Source: Phallusia mammillata (Eukaryota). Taken from it: a stretch of DNA of 64,000 bases. Both the position numbers and the translations under genes were made by a program. Where the stretch lies: the NCBI GenBank assembly GCA_965637545.1, contig OZ281494.1, forward strand, positions 2,046,001-2,110,000. The letters run 5' to 3'. How positions within the stretch are numbered: position 1 is the stretch's first letter; each line of letters opens with the position of its first letter. Below the pieces are notes generated by a model. The model was not told where the DNA came from. It did not search any database and saw nothing but the letters and a program-made list of their open reading frames with translations. Below, in pieces: positions 40,501 to 50,908 of this stretch.

Positions 40501-40910
40501 CCATTGTGCGCAATCACGTGATCTCATTGATATCTGAAATGCGACTCCTGATTTTGTGTTTGCCAAAAGTCGACGACAGAGTTCGATGTTTATGCGAGGT
40601 GTCGTGTCTTCATTACAAAGAGGTTAGCCTGACGGATTCACTCCAACGGAAAGAGGAAACTATCAGGGATGCATTAGGATTACTGAAACGCGAGTTTGGA
40701 GATTACGCCGTGGAACACGACGTCTACGGTTACTTGTTGAACAACCTTGGAGCTGTCTGCCAGGAAACATCACGTGATGAGGAGGCCGTGAAATGTTACG
40801 AAGACGCAATTGATGCGTTCAGAAAGTGTGGGCGTTTGAACGAGGAATGGCGTCAACAACTTCTGGACAATTGCGAAATAAATTTGCAGTTTGCCAAAAA
40901 AAGGCGTTGA
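37560..40910 (+). CDS. RIPK-like (TKL) Ser/Thr kinase with C-terminal TPR-like helical domain, about 639 aa
   Basis: Exons 37560-37589, 38089-38264, 38621-39480, 39682-39798 (symmetric phase-1 linker exon, less certain), 40174-40910; 1920 nt in frame. Motifs GSGTFG, VAVK, IHSDIKPDN, LADFG, YTAPE, DVYGFG, CWDHKPTNRP. The C-terminus has the TPR signature YGYLLNNLGAVC..EEAVKCYEDAI. Confidence 0.88.
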
Positions 40911-41401
40911 CATTAGTTGGAATAAGATGATGCATGTATTTCACTGATTTGTAGTATTTGATGGTTTGCTTTTGTGTGGTAGCTATCTCGGATTTCAAGT
41001 TTATGCTTTGTTGCTTATCGTAAAATTTAAATAAATCGCTGTTGTCTGATTTGCAATGATTTTGTTCGCAATCAAAGAAATGTCTTAAAACAAATAAAAT
41101 ACATCGACCAATATAGTGGTTTTCACCCTGAAGTTTTTTCGAATCAAGTTTCAAATATTTTCCACAAAAATTACCGAAACAGATTTTATTTTGACTTTCA
41201 AAAGCATGTCACAGCTTCATATTTTGAAGGACGAAACATAAAAAACATTTTTTTAACCGACAAGTAGAGGGTAAAAAGCTGGATATATTTTGCACTTTCT
41301 TGCACAGTGGTAGCGATTACAACAAACAGCTGAACGACAGGTGTACGTTTCAAAAATAAAACCTCGAAATACTTGCACGGTTACAACACTAAACCTTACA
41401 C

Positions 41402-41636
41402 CAGTGGTCGGCAGCCGCCGGTCCGCGGCCCGGTACCGGTCCGCGAAGAGTTCGTTACCGGGCCGTATAATTTTTCAGGTTAAATGCTATAAAACATTTT
41501 GCCCATGTATCCCGGGCATGATAAACTAATTTAAGCGTTTTTATTGCTATATATTTGTAGTTTTTTGAAGACCGGTCCGCGATAAAATTTTAGTTTCCAA
41601 ACCGGTCCGCAGTGCAAAAAAGGTTGCCGACCCCTG
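41402..41636. mobile_element. hAT/Charlie-type MITE, 235 bp, same family as 15480-15710
   Basis: TIR CAGTGGTCGGCA / reverse complement CAGGGGTCGGCAACC. TSD CCTTACAC / CCTTATAC (7/8). Confidence 0.9.
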
Positions 41637-41690
41637 CCTTATACACCAACGTAGCTTAAATCACAGTGAATCAACGAGATTTCACAACTT

Positions 41691-44375
41691 TCAACCGCTG
41701 ATATAAAAACCATCCTGGTTGGTGTAGCAGAAAGCGTGGTGTCTGTTTTCGTTGCATCTCTGCGCAACAAGTAGACGGGGAAACTGCTTCGACATAACTG
41801 TACATCGACCTCGCAAAGGATCTGGATTGGATAAAAAGTTTCTTTAAGTAATGTTGTTAAGCTGAAATGTTCTTAAGTTTAGTAAACTGTTATAATTTGG
41901 AACATGTGGATGTCATTAAAGTAATACGTTATTGGCACAGCACATAGTTTGGTCAATACACTGAAAATATACGCAGCTGTCGATGTGCCTCGATACAGCG
42001 AGTGTTATGCATACATTTTATAGGCCTTTTATTCAAAATATTCACAAAAGAAAGTTTGATGATTGAGCGTTTTTTTACGTGCGTTAACTATAGGGTTGAC
42101 ATTTGCAACCAACTAAATTTGTTGCCGAAAAGCCCCTATATGAGTGACAAATTTAAAGACCTGTGCGTAGAGCGCCGTTTAGTGGTAACAAGGTTTCCCT
42201 CTCTTCAGTTCTGCCATCCGTCCATTTCCACGCACCACCAGTGAGTTTTAAACCGGTCCACAATGTAGCGTTTGTATGTTGCGGAAAAAGATCGGTTTGC
42301 AAAAACCTGACAATTAAAACTAGTTATTTTCAGCCAATATCTCATGGACAAACCTGCAAGGTTGTATACTATAAGAATTACAAATCTTTTTGTATGTAAA
42401 TATCAAATCTATAAGTTATAAGTCTTATGTATCTGTGTCCATAAAAGTGTGTTATAAATACGTATGGAGTACTGGGTATTTTTTTTAAATGGAAGAGGGA
42501 AGTGTTTATTTGCCACACAAGTGGACCCAATTGAAACATACTACCGCACAGTTACACCAGTCTAAAAGGATAAGTGGAATTTAACCGTCGAATTGACCGT
42601 CTTCTGAACTATCTCCTTGTGGTAAGCCAAACTAGACCCAAAACTCTACTTTTGGTGGGATTCGAACCCACAGGTGAAACTTAACAACGGGAAATTTGAA
42701 TCACCTGTAATTTTCATCATTTTCAATGGCATCGGACACAAGATCAGCCGCCATATCTTCGCAGTGTTCTTTCGCTTCTTGCCACGTCAGTTTTTCAGCG
42801 CTTACGTAAAAGTACTCATGCTCTCTCTTGTACCACGCCAAGTCACGAAATTCTGCACACATAGAGGGGTGAACATACGTTCATACTGGAAGCAGATCTG
42901 AAGCGTTCTTACAGACCAATTTTTCTGGTCTGTGCCTTGCCATGTGTTAATGCTTGGGAAACTGGTTTGATTACATACCGTTATAACCCCCTCAATAACC
43001 CAGGCGTACAGAGAAGGGTGTTCCAAAAATCTGTCCCAACTAAGCTCCGATAAAAGCAAATATTAAGTGTGCGGCTATTTACACTGTGTTGGTTTAATGC
43101 GTTTTGAAAAAGGTGGTTTCAATTAGTCTTTTGAAGTGTAATTTTAATTTATTTGCAACCAAGTCTAACAAAAAATAACAATTTCTACGTTACTTGTCTT
43201 TTGACGAAACAGTCGCTCCCGCAAAGACTTGATGGTCTTTCTCAAACAGTTAATATTTTTTTCCGGCTCGCTAAGAATCGGTAAGTTTTCTCGATAACCA
43301 GACCGATATGATGTTTGTGATTTCCTTGTACCTTTGAACGAAGACTTTTCCTTCTGTTGAATAATTCGGATAATTAATTCAAACTCTATGTGTAGAAGTA
43401 TGTCTGTCATTGCAGCCGGTAAAGCAAAAAAAAAAAAAACTGTTTGTAATTATAATTATAATTATAAACTGTTTGTAATTAAATCTTTCACAGTTTGCCA
43501 TTTTTGGGGAACGGTACGACGACGATGCAATACAGCAAAAACCCTCCTTTTATGAACCTGTTGCTTTTAATGGTTTTCAAATCAGAATAAATAGCTCTAC
43601 CGAAAACACTTCTACGCAAATTCTTGTTCCTATCGTTTGTTGTTTCGGCATAAACGTGGTGGTATTTTGGTCAATAAGGTTGATTCAGATTAGGCGATGC
43701 AAAGTACATGCGGTCATTTACATTGAATCCTTGTTTACAAACGTTGGTTTCAGCTATAACTTTACCTTCGGTTTCGTTTCTTTTTTGTTTTTTATGCTCA
43801 TCGCGATGGTTGGTTCCGGGGGCAGGTTTACCTTTTTCGGCTTCCTCGAGCTTCTTCGATTGTTCTTTGGCTGCAACAAATCATTAAGTACAGTTGGTCA
43901 TATTCTATGTTTGACTGTACATCTTTGCAGAACCCTACAGACTGGTTCTTTGCCTTCATTAGTTATATATAGGTTTGCCATCGACATGAAGCCCAAAATA
44001 AGGGTAACTGAAAAAATCATACAAAACGAAACTAACGTTTTGGAACAAATCTTTGCAGCAATTCCATGTTCGTAAAAAATACGTGCATTTACTTGTAATT
44101 GTAACAGGGATTTGAATTGTTATCGTGGAAATCAAGGCAGAGTATGCACTCGAGTCACTGACGAGGACAAATATTAGAAATAAGGACGGTATGGCAACTC
44201 TGGTTAGTGGTTATCCTACCTGCCGTGGTCTACATTGAGGTGGTGGATGAGGTACACATTGTTTGGGTGGAGGAGGTCGGTGATATTGTGCTTGTTCCTG
44301 AACATCAATGAAGAGCAGAAAAGCACCGAGTCCAACAAATATGGCGATTAACAGCTGCAGAACTATCTGTCCCAT
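41691..44375 (-). CDS. C-type lectin domain protein with N-terminal signal/anchor, about 281 aa
   Basis: Exons 44375-44220, 43870-43766, 43353-43194, 42852-42705, 42306-42161, 41821-41691 (846 nt, phases compatible, GT-AG). CTLD: YFYVSAEKLTWQEAKEHCEDMAADLVS, LWTGL, WKWTDG, four canonical Cys. The CTLD exons are well supported; the three 5' exons are inferred from phase and splice sites. Confidence 0.8.
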
Positions 44376-46113
44376 TTGTTAGGAAATAGTACTTACGCTT
44401 GACAAACAAAAAGTTCGATGTGACAGATGCAGCGATACGGGTTATCTTAAAAAGATTTTAGCTTCATAACAAGCTGGCTGTAAATATGGTGAACGGTTCC
44501 TAGGCAACGCTTTCAGTAACTTTGAGTCAAAAACATTAGCTCACCTGACTTTAAAACCATTATTAATTAACTTGTTTGCTGCTGTTTATTCTCAATCTCC
44601 AGTGCTAATAACCAATTTGCCAAGATACTAAACGATTTTGCCTAACAATCTCCACCTAATTCCTTAGATAAGCTTTAATGTTTGAATATAAGTCCACTCT
44701 AAGCCTGTGTTACACGCGTCTTCCTGCAACGGCTGTGTCATTTATTGTTCCCACAATCGGTATTCAACAAGCGGCGACAAGGAAGTCAGCATTTTCGAAC
44801 GAGAATACGTTAATTAATTCACTTTTCCTTGACATGTCTAAATTAATAAGCACACCTTGCTCGCTGGGCATTAGACACTGACAACGCCGCACCAACGTAC
44901 GTATACATATAGAGCCGTTTTGCGTTTCCGTTTGTGCTCGCCTATTGTTCCTATGTAAATCGCAGGAATTCGGTGCTGATGCGTTTAGCACAATCTGGTT
45001 TGCTACGTAACCGGTTAAACGCCCGAAACAGTTTGTTATTGAGCTTTGTGCAGTCCATAAGGAACGTTTTATTGGCTCTATAAATCCAGACGTCTTTCTT
45101 ATGATAAATTTAAGGCATTTACGTACGATTATGTAGCTGTTGCCAACGATATAATTACATAAAGGGTGCTGTATAACATGTTGGAAAACACAACGCAAAC
45201 TAAGTTCAAAGTGCTTATTCTTGTGTATTAATGAAAATAAAAATAACGCAGTTCTGTACAAACAATCAGCGCCATGATAAAGTGTGTACTTAGCACAAAT
45301 AAATGCGACAATAAACGACTTGTTCCAAGCTGGGACGCTTTGTAAAGCAATATTAAAGGCACTTACACAAATTTCATCGACGTAAACTACTACAAGTAGC
45401 GTTTTTCAGAAAAAAAGCGTTTACTTATAAACACAATTATGTAATTAAATTTGTGAGTTATGTAAAAAAGAAAATAAGAACTTGACGAATTCTTGTTTGT
45501 TTCATGATGGAAGCACTGTGTAAAATATTACTGCAAGGATTTTGTAAATAAATGCAGGCAGTTTTGCAGTGGGTAACACTTCACATAATGCACAAAAATG
45601 AAAGCAACAAGCTTCCTGCATTGGTTATTGCAGCTCAGACACCCAATGTGACAGCACACTGGTGGTGAAAATGCAGTGAAACTTGAGGGGCATGGATACA
45701 ATATTTGCAAATGCAAAACATAATAAAGCACATTAGGAGCTAATTTTATTTTGCGTGGCAAGACAATGATCTAAATCAAGGCTATAAGTGTTTTGTAAAG
45801 CTAGTGGGCAAGGTACAGTCATACAACACTGCTTAGACTACATTTGTGGGCAAAAAGCTGTTTAGTTTTCAAACATAATGTACAAGTGGGCAAATGAGTA
45901 AAGAGGCCTGATCTCAATAATGATACTACATAATGGAACACATGCTATAAAACAATGTGCTTAAAAAGGCTTGGCTTTTGAGGCATGTGATTCATTTCAC
46001 AATTACATATTAAACCATTCAAAATTTAACACACCAATTCTGTATGCATATTTCAAACATATATCTTGCACTTAATATGGCAGAATATTTAAGATTTGGA
46101 AGTCATAAAGAAT

Positions 46114-47535
46114 TTAAATGAAAGATATTTTCCATCCGGAGGCAGAAAACATAAGAGCAACGGCAAGGTTGTGTGATGAACAAGGAGTCAGGGACTTGAA
46201 GGGATGCCAATCGAATACCGCTTCCCTCTCTCCAACAACAACTGATACTCGAAAAGTTGTTGGTTTTGTCATTTTTGACTTTACCGACTGGTTTTCTCCT
46301 TCGTCCACTTTTTCTAGCTTAAAAGTGACAAAAATCCCTCTAGAAAAACTAGAAAATTTGGTGGAGCCTAATGTACCATTGACATATACATGTCCATCAG
46401 CCATTAAACAGAGTGTACCCTCTTTTGTATGCAAGCCAGTTGCATCAGGGTCTCGTTTGGTACACAAGGCAATGCAGTCTGTTTTGTTCCTTGTTTTTCC
46501 TTCTGCCTCTATTTTCAAAGTTACTGGAAATCCAATCAGATTGTCTGAGACATCAGAATAAAGAACTTTGCCAAATCCATTCTTCTTACTTGCAGTTTTA
46601 AACTTTTCGGTGATTGCAAATGAATCAGAGTCCTTTAGAGTTGCCCATCTGAATCCAGACATAGTAGTCATTTTCTCTTGATAGATGCTCCATGGACTCC
46701 ATTGCTTAGCTTCCACCTGTCCATTTGACTCCTGAAATATGCAGCGACAGACTCGAAATGTGTACACTGTGTTGGGTGAGAGGTTTCGCACTGTACACAC
46801 AGTCTCAGGGCCAATGTATTCTTCTCTAAATGTATTCATGTCCCTTTTTCCCTTGATGGAAGTCTTGCTCACTCTACCCAAGCAACATTGCACTTTATAC
46901 AACAATTTGTGTCCAGTCTCTTTCAGCTCCGAAATAACATCATCATCAATGTCATTCCACTTTACAATTATTCCACCAGGTCTCGGCTGCATATCAATAA
47001 TTTGCACAGGTGACTGCTTGCTGATTGTTCCTTCCAAACGGATTGCTTTTTGAATAGTTTGCACAAAACCTTCATCAAAAATAACTGAAATACTTGGCAC
47101 TTCTGTGACAGTAGGAACTTCAGGAAGACTATCTAAGGGCAAACTATCAGCCATTGAAACAAATTTCTTGAGCTGTTTTTCACATGCTTCAGAATCAATG
47201 TCTTGATTGAGTAAATTGTCACCAGCAGTGACTACAGCCGAGGCCTCGTCAATGCTCTCTTTGATGACTACATTGCAGTCTCTCAGAGGGTCAATCGAAT
47301 TCTGTTCAATTTGATTGACTTCTTCCAGCAGAACTTTAACCCTTGTTTGAATTTCTTGCGTCACTTTCTGCTGTAACTCTGCAAAGTACTGCTGGATCTC
47401 CTTGCGAGTAATTTCAGCGGTGGTTTCGACTTGCGAAATAGCGGCATTGAGCTGGTTTTGGCGACCTTCCAGTTCGCATTTGTGCTCTCGTGCACTGTCA
47501 ACAGTTTCGATAGCGTCCTGAACGTTTTGTTCCAT
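46114..47535 (-). CDS. CRLF3: Cytokine receptor-like factor 3, about 473 aa, no coding introns
   Basis: N-terminal coiled coil, LDSLPEVP, PVQ..PGGIIVKW, FN3 with YTFRVC and WSPWS, C-terminal SPRY-like region ending REAVFDW..GWKISFI. Likely start MEQNVQ at 47535; the ORF-track start at 47652 is upstream of an acceptor-like site. Confidence 0.93.
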   Translation of the reverse strand: MEQNVQDAIETVDSAREHKCELEGRQNQLNAAISQVETTAEITRKEIQQYFAELQQKVTQEIQTRVKVLLEEVNQIEQNSIDPLRDCNVVIKESIDEASAVVTAGDNLLNQDIDSEACEKQLKKFVSMADSLPLDSLPEVPTVTEVPSISVIFDEGFVQTIQKAIRLEGTISKQSPVQIIDMQPRPGGIIVKWNDIDDDVISELKETGHKLLYKVQCCLGRVSKTSIKGKRDMNTFREEYIGPETVCTVRNLSPNTVYTFRVCRCIFQESNGQVEAKQWSPWSIYQEKMTTMSGFRWATLKDSDSFAITEKFKTASKKNGFGKVLYSDVSDNLIGFPVTLKIEAEGKTRNKTDCIALCTKRDPDATGLHTKEGTLCLMADGHVYVNGTLGSTKFSSFSRGIFVTFKLEKVDEGENQSVKSKMTKPTTFRVSVVVGEREAVFDWHPFKSLTPCSSHNLAVALMFSASGWKISFI

Positions 47536-48251
47536 TAGCCTTTCGTTGTCCTTTCGACCGCTAGTTATAAAAACACGTAAACATATCACGCTGCTCAGCC
47601 GGTTATCTATATAGTTTCTTTCACAGATCCTGTATAGTATACCAGTCAACAACGCCTATACGCAGTGACGGAAGTTAATTTCATGGCATGACGCGTTCAT
47701 CATGCATGCACATCGTATTTTCAAACTACTGTCAAAAATTCCTATTGATCGTCGCCTCATTCGCAAACAATATTATGTGCGTTTTAAATGCAATTAGTTT
47801 GATTATTGTCAGATTTCATTTTGTTTGTTTCTTGAAAAAGGGAGTTTTCCATTAATATTCTGATGGGAATTTTTTGATGTTACGCATGAGTGATTATGCT
47901 GTTTTGCAATTTTGTCGAGTTCGACAAGCAGGTAGATAATAATTTAAAGTTTAATAAAAAAAAAAAACAACAATTTAAAGAACAGTCATGCAAAACCTAA
48001 ATTGCGAAAGACTATATAAAAGAGTCAATCTGTCTTTTTGACTTCAAACAGAACTGAAGCGTTCTTCAAAATTGTCATTAGCAATTACAACACGATGTTT
48101 GCTGCTAAATTGTTTGTTGAGAAAATTTTGCACTTTTGGTTTCAGCAACACAATCGATAATTCTTGTGTAACTTTATTATTAACTTTAACATGTTGTTCT
48201 ACAACGTATTTTTTAAAAATTCATGAATATCAAAATTTTAGCTATTGAGAG

Positions 48252-48705
48252 TAGGGTGCCTCTATTTCTCGACTTTTTCGTTTCTCGAGAAACGAGAAAT
48301 TAAAAATGCATTTCTTGAGAATCTTGAGGTCCCGAAATTTTTATTTAAGCCTGATTTTGTAACAAAAACAAACAAAAATAATTCTGATTGTACGTTTTTT
48401 CGCTTCTAGTAGCGATCGCAAGTAGTGATTCGCTAGCAAATCAGCCCAAAACGAAGCGACTGTTATAGATCTTATGCAACCAGGCTTGACTATTCACTGG
48501 GAAAGGTGAAAGTTTAGCGGCAACGCACGTTAACAACGCTGTTTCGGAAGCAAAAAAAGAAAGTTATGTGCCCAGTCCGCTCTAGAGGCGAGTTGAAACG
48601 AAAAATACACGTAATTTTCTCGAGAAAATTTTTGTTTACTTCTCGAGAATCGAGACTCGATTTTTTCAAGATTTCTCGAGAATTTCTCAACAAGAAGGAA
48701 CTCTA
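48252..48705. mobile_element. hAT-type MITE, 454 bp, between divergent CRLF3 and VPS45
   Basis: Perfect 8-bp TSD ATTGAGAG (48244-48251, 48706-48713). Imperfect TIR TAGGGTGCC / TAGAGTTCC. Many subterminal TTTCTCGAGAA-like motifs at both ends. Confidence 0.8.
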
Positions 48706-48805
48706 ATTGAGAGTTGAGACATTTTTTTCGATGACCACTGTTTTATTAAACTTTATTTGCAATTTTGTTTAATCAGTGCTTGAGTAGGTATAAAAGCAGT
48801 CCATC

Positions 48806-50449
48806 ATGGATGTTGTACTAGCAGTGAAGAAGTATGTTTCGAAAATGATTGCGGACAGTGGCACTGGTATGAGAGTGCTTATGATGGATAAAGAGACAAC
48901 TGGCATTGTCAGCATGGTCTACACACGATCAGAAATATTACAAAAAGAAGTCTACCTCTTTGAAAATATAGGAAATGAACATGGTGAAGTAATGAAGCAT
49001 CTGAACGCAATAGTATTTGTTCGACCAACGAAGGAAAATGTTCAGCTTTTGTGCAAGGAGCTCAAAAATCCGCGATATGGAAAGTACTACTTGTATTTCA
49101 GTCATGCCCTCAGTAAAAGTGATGTGAAAGTTCTTGCTGAAAGTGATGAACATGAATGTGTAAGTGACATAAACGAGTACTTTGCTGATTTCTATCCGGT
49201 TGATATTCACCATTTCACACTGAATATAACAAACTGTGCTCGACATTTCATATGGAGTCAAAACCACTTGACGAGGACCTGCCATGGACTGACGTCAGTG
49301 TTTCTTGCTTTAAAGAAATGTCCTATGATTCGTTACCAGGCGAATTCTGAAATGTGCCATCAACTGGCAGACAGCGTGAAGCTGTTAATTTCTCGAGAAG
49401 CTTCTTTGTTTGACTTCAGGCGTTCTGATTCAACTCCCATGTTGCTCATCTTAGATCGAAGATTTGACCCGGTAACACCCCTACTGAATCAGTGGACTTA
49501 CCAAGCCATGACCCATGAGCTCCTGGGCATCAAAAATGGTCGTGTAGATTTGTCACAGAGGCCAGGAGTCAAAAAGGATCTTCATGAGGTGGTTCTGTCT
49601 CCACTACATGATCAGTTTTACAGAGAAAACCTTTACAAGAATTTTGGTGAAATTGGTTCAAGCATTAAAGAGCTAATGGATGATTTCCAGGCCAAGACAC
49701 GAAGCCAGCAGAAAGTTGAATCAATAGATGACATGAAAGCATTTGTTGAAAATTACCCACAGTTTAAAAAGATGTCAGGAACTGTAGCAAAACATGTTAC
49801 AGTTGTTGGGGAACTGTCCAAAATTGTTGGCGCAAACAATCTACTTGAAATATCTGAGTGTGAACAAGACATTGCTTGTCAAAGTGATCACTCCAGTGCA
49901 ATACAAAAGGTTAGAGCATTACTACGGCAACCATCAACAAGTAGTGTGGATGCTTTACGCCTTGTGGCTTTGTATTCACTGCGTTATGATTCACACTCAA
50001 ACAATGCTACCACGTCCTTGACTGACCAACTTGCTTCTAGAGACAGTCGTAGGATTATTTCTGGTCTCCTGAAATATGCTTCTATTGGCGGACGACTGAG
50101 TCAAGCTGCTGAAATTCCTGGAATTTCCATGACTCGAAAATTTTTCAAGGGCTTGAAAGGTGTAGAAAATGTGTACACTCAACATGTGCCAAAAATAAAA
50201 GACACAATTGAAGAGTTGTTGAAAGGACGTCTTAGGGAGTCAGACTACCCATATGCTGGGTCATCAATAATGTCGGAAAGGCCAAGTGATGTGATAGTGT
50301 TTATTGTTGGAGGCACAACATATGAAGAAGTTGCATGTGTTGATTCAATCAATTCCAGCAATTCAGGTGTTCGCATAATTCTTGGTGGCACAACTATCCA
50401 CAATGGTTTGTCATTTATAGATGAGTTTATGACAGCAACAGCATCGTAA
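48806..50449 (+). CDS. VPS45: Vacuolar protein sorting 45 (Sec1/Munc18 family), 547 aa, no coding introns
   Basis: MDVVLAVKKYVSKMI, MDKETTGIVSMVY, FVRPTKEN, LKKCPMIRYQ, TPLLNQWTYQAM, YPQFKKMSGTV, KGLKGVENVYTQH, VFIVGGTTYEE, IILGGTTIHN. Confidence 0.97.
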   Translation: MDVVLAVKKYVSKMIADSGTGMRVLMMDKETTGIVSMVYTRSEILQKEVYLFENIGNEHGEVMKHLNAIVFVRPTKENVQLLCKELKNPRYGKYYLYFSHALSKSDVKVLAESDEHECVSDINEYFADFYPVDIHHFTLNITNCARHFIWSQNHLTRTCHGLTSVFLALKKCPMIRYQANSEMCHQLADSVKLLISREASLFDFRRSDSTPMLLILDRRFDPVTPLLNQWTYQAMTHELLGIKNGRVDLSQRPGVKKDLHEVVLSPLHDQFYRENLYKNFGEIGSSIKELMDDFQAKTRSQQKVESIDDMKAFVENYPQFKKMSGTVAKHVTVVGELSKIVGANNLLEISECEQDIACQSDHSSAIQKVRALLRQPSTSSVDALRLVALYSLRYDSHSNNATTSLTDQLASRDSRRIISGLLKYASIGGRLSQAAEIPGISMTRKFFKGLKGVENVYTQHVPKIKDTIEELLKGRLRESDYPYAGSSIMSERPSDVIVFIVGGTTYEEVACVDSINSSNSGVRIILGGTTIHNGLSFIDEFMTATAS

Positions 50450-50908
50450 AGTTTGCAAATAAACTGCTTTTAAAACTGTGGTGCATTTAATAGTTATATA
50501 CATGTTAATTTTTAGTATTTTTTCAACACAATGTAACAGCAAAAGACAACTCTTTACTGGCTCATTATCTTGGTTTAATGTATTTGTATGTCCCAAACTT
50601 GCTGCTGTGTGTTTTTGTCGGAACCAGTTATAATATGTTGCATGTGTGGTTTTGTTTGTATATTTGTAAAACGTAAAATATTATTTGTTTTGTCTTTTTG
50701 TCCAAAATGTGTTAATATCACATGATGAAGGAAAAAACATGTGCTTAACTTTCAAGTTGTGCAGATATTTTTGTTATGTTGTCGTAATAGACTGGTGCAT
50801 TTGATTGTAACTCTATGAAGTTTTTTGTGACATTAGTTTTCATCTGTGTATGTGCAATACATGTCTTTAGGTACCATTAGTACTTAGCTACAATAAGCAA
50901 CTGGTTAA

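Noticed and set aside
42654-42671. tRNA-like T-arm on the minus strand (GTGGGTTCGAATCCCACC)
   Set aside because: Isolated motif in a lectin intron with no cloverleaf; not supportable as a tRNA.
44764-45261. 165-aa minus-strand ORF between CRLF3 and the lectin
   Set aside because: TTG start, no motifs, and composition not protein-like.
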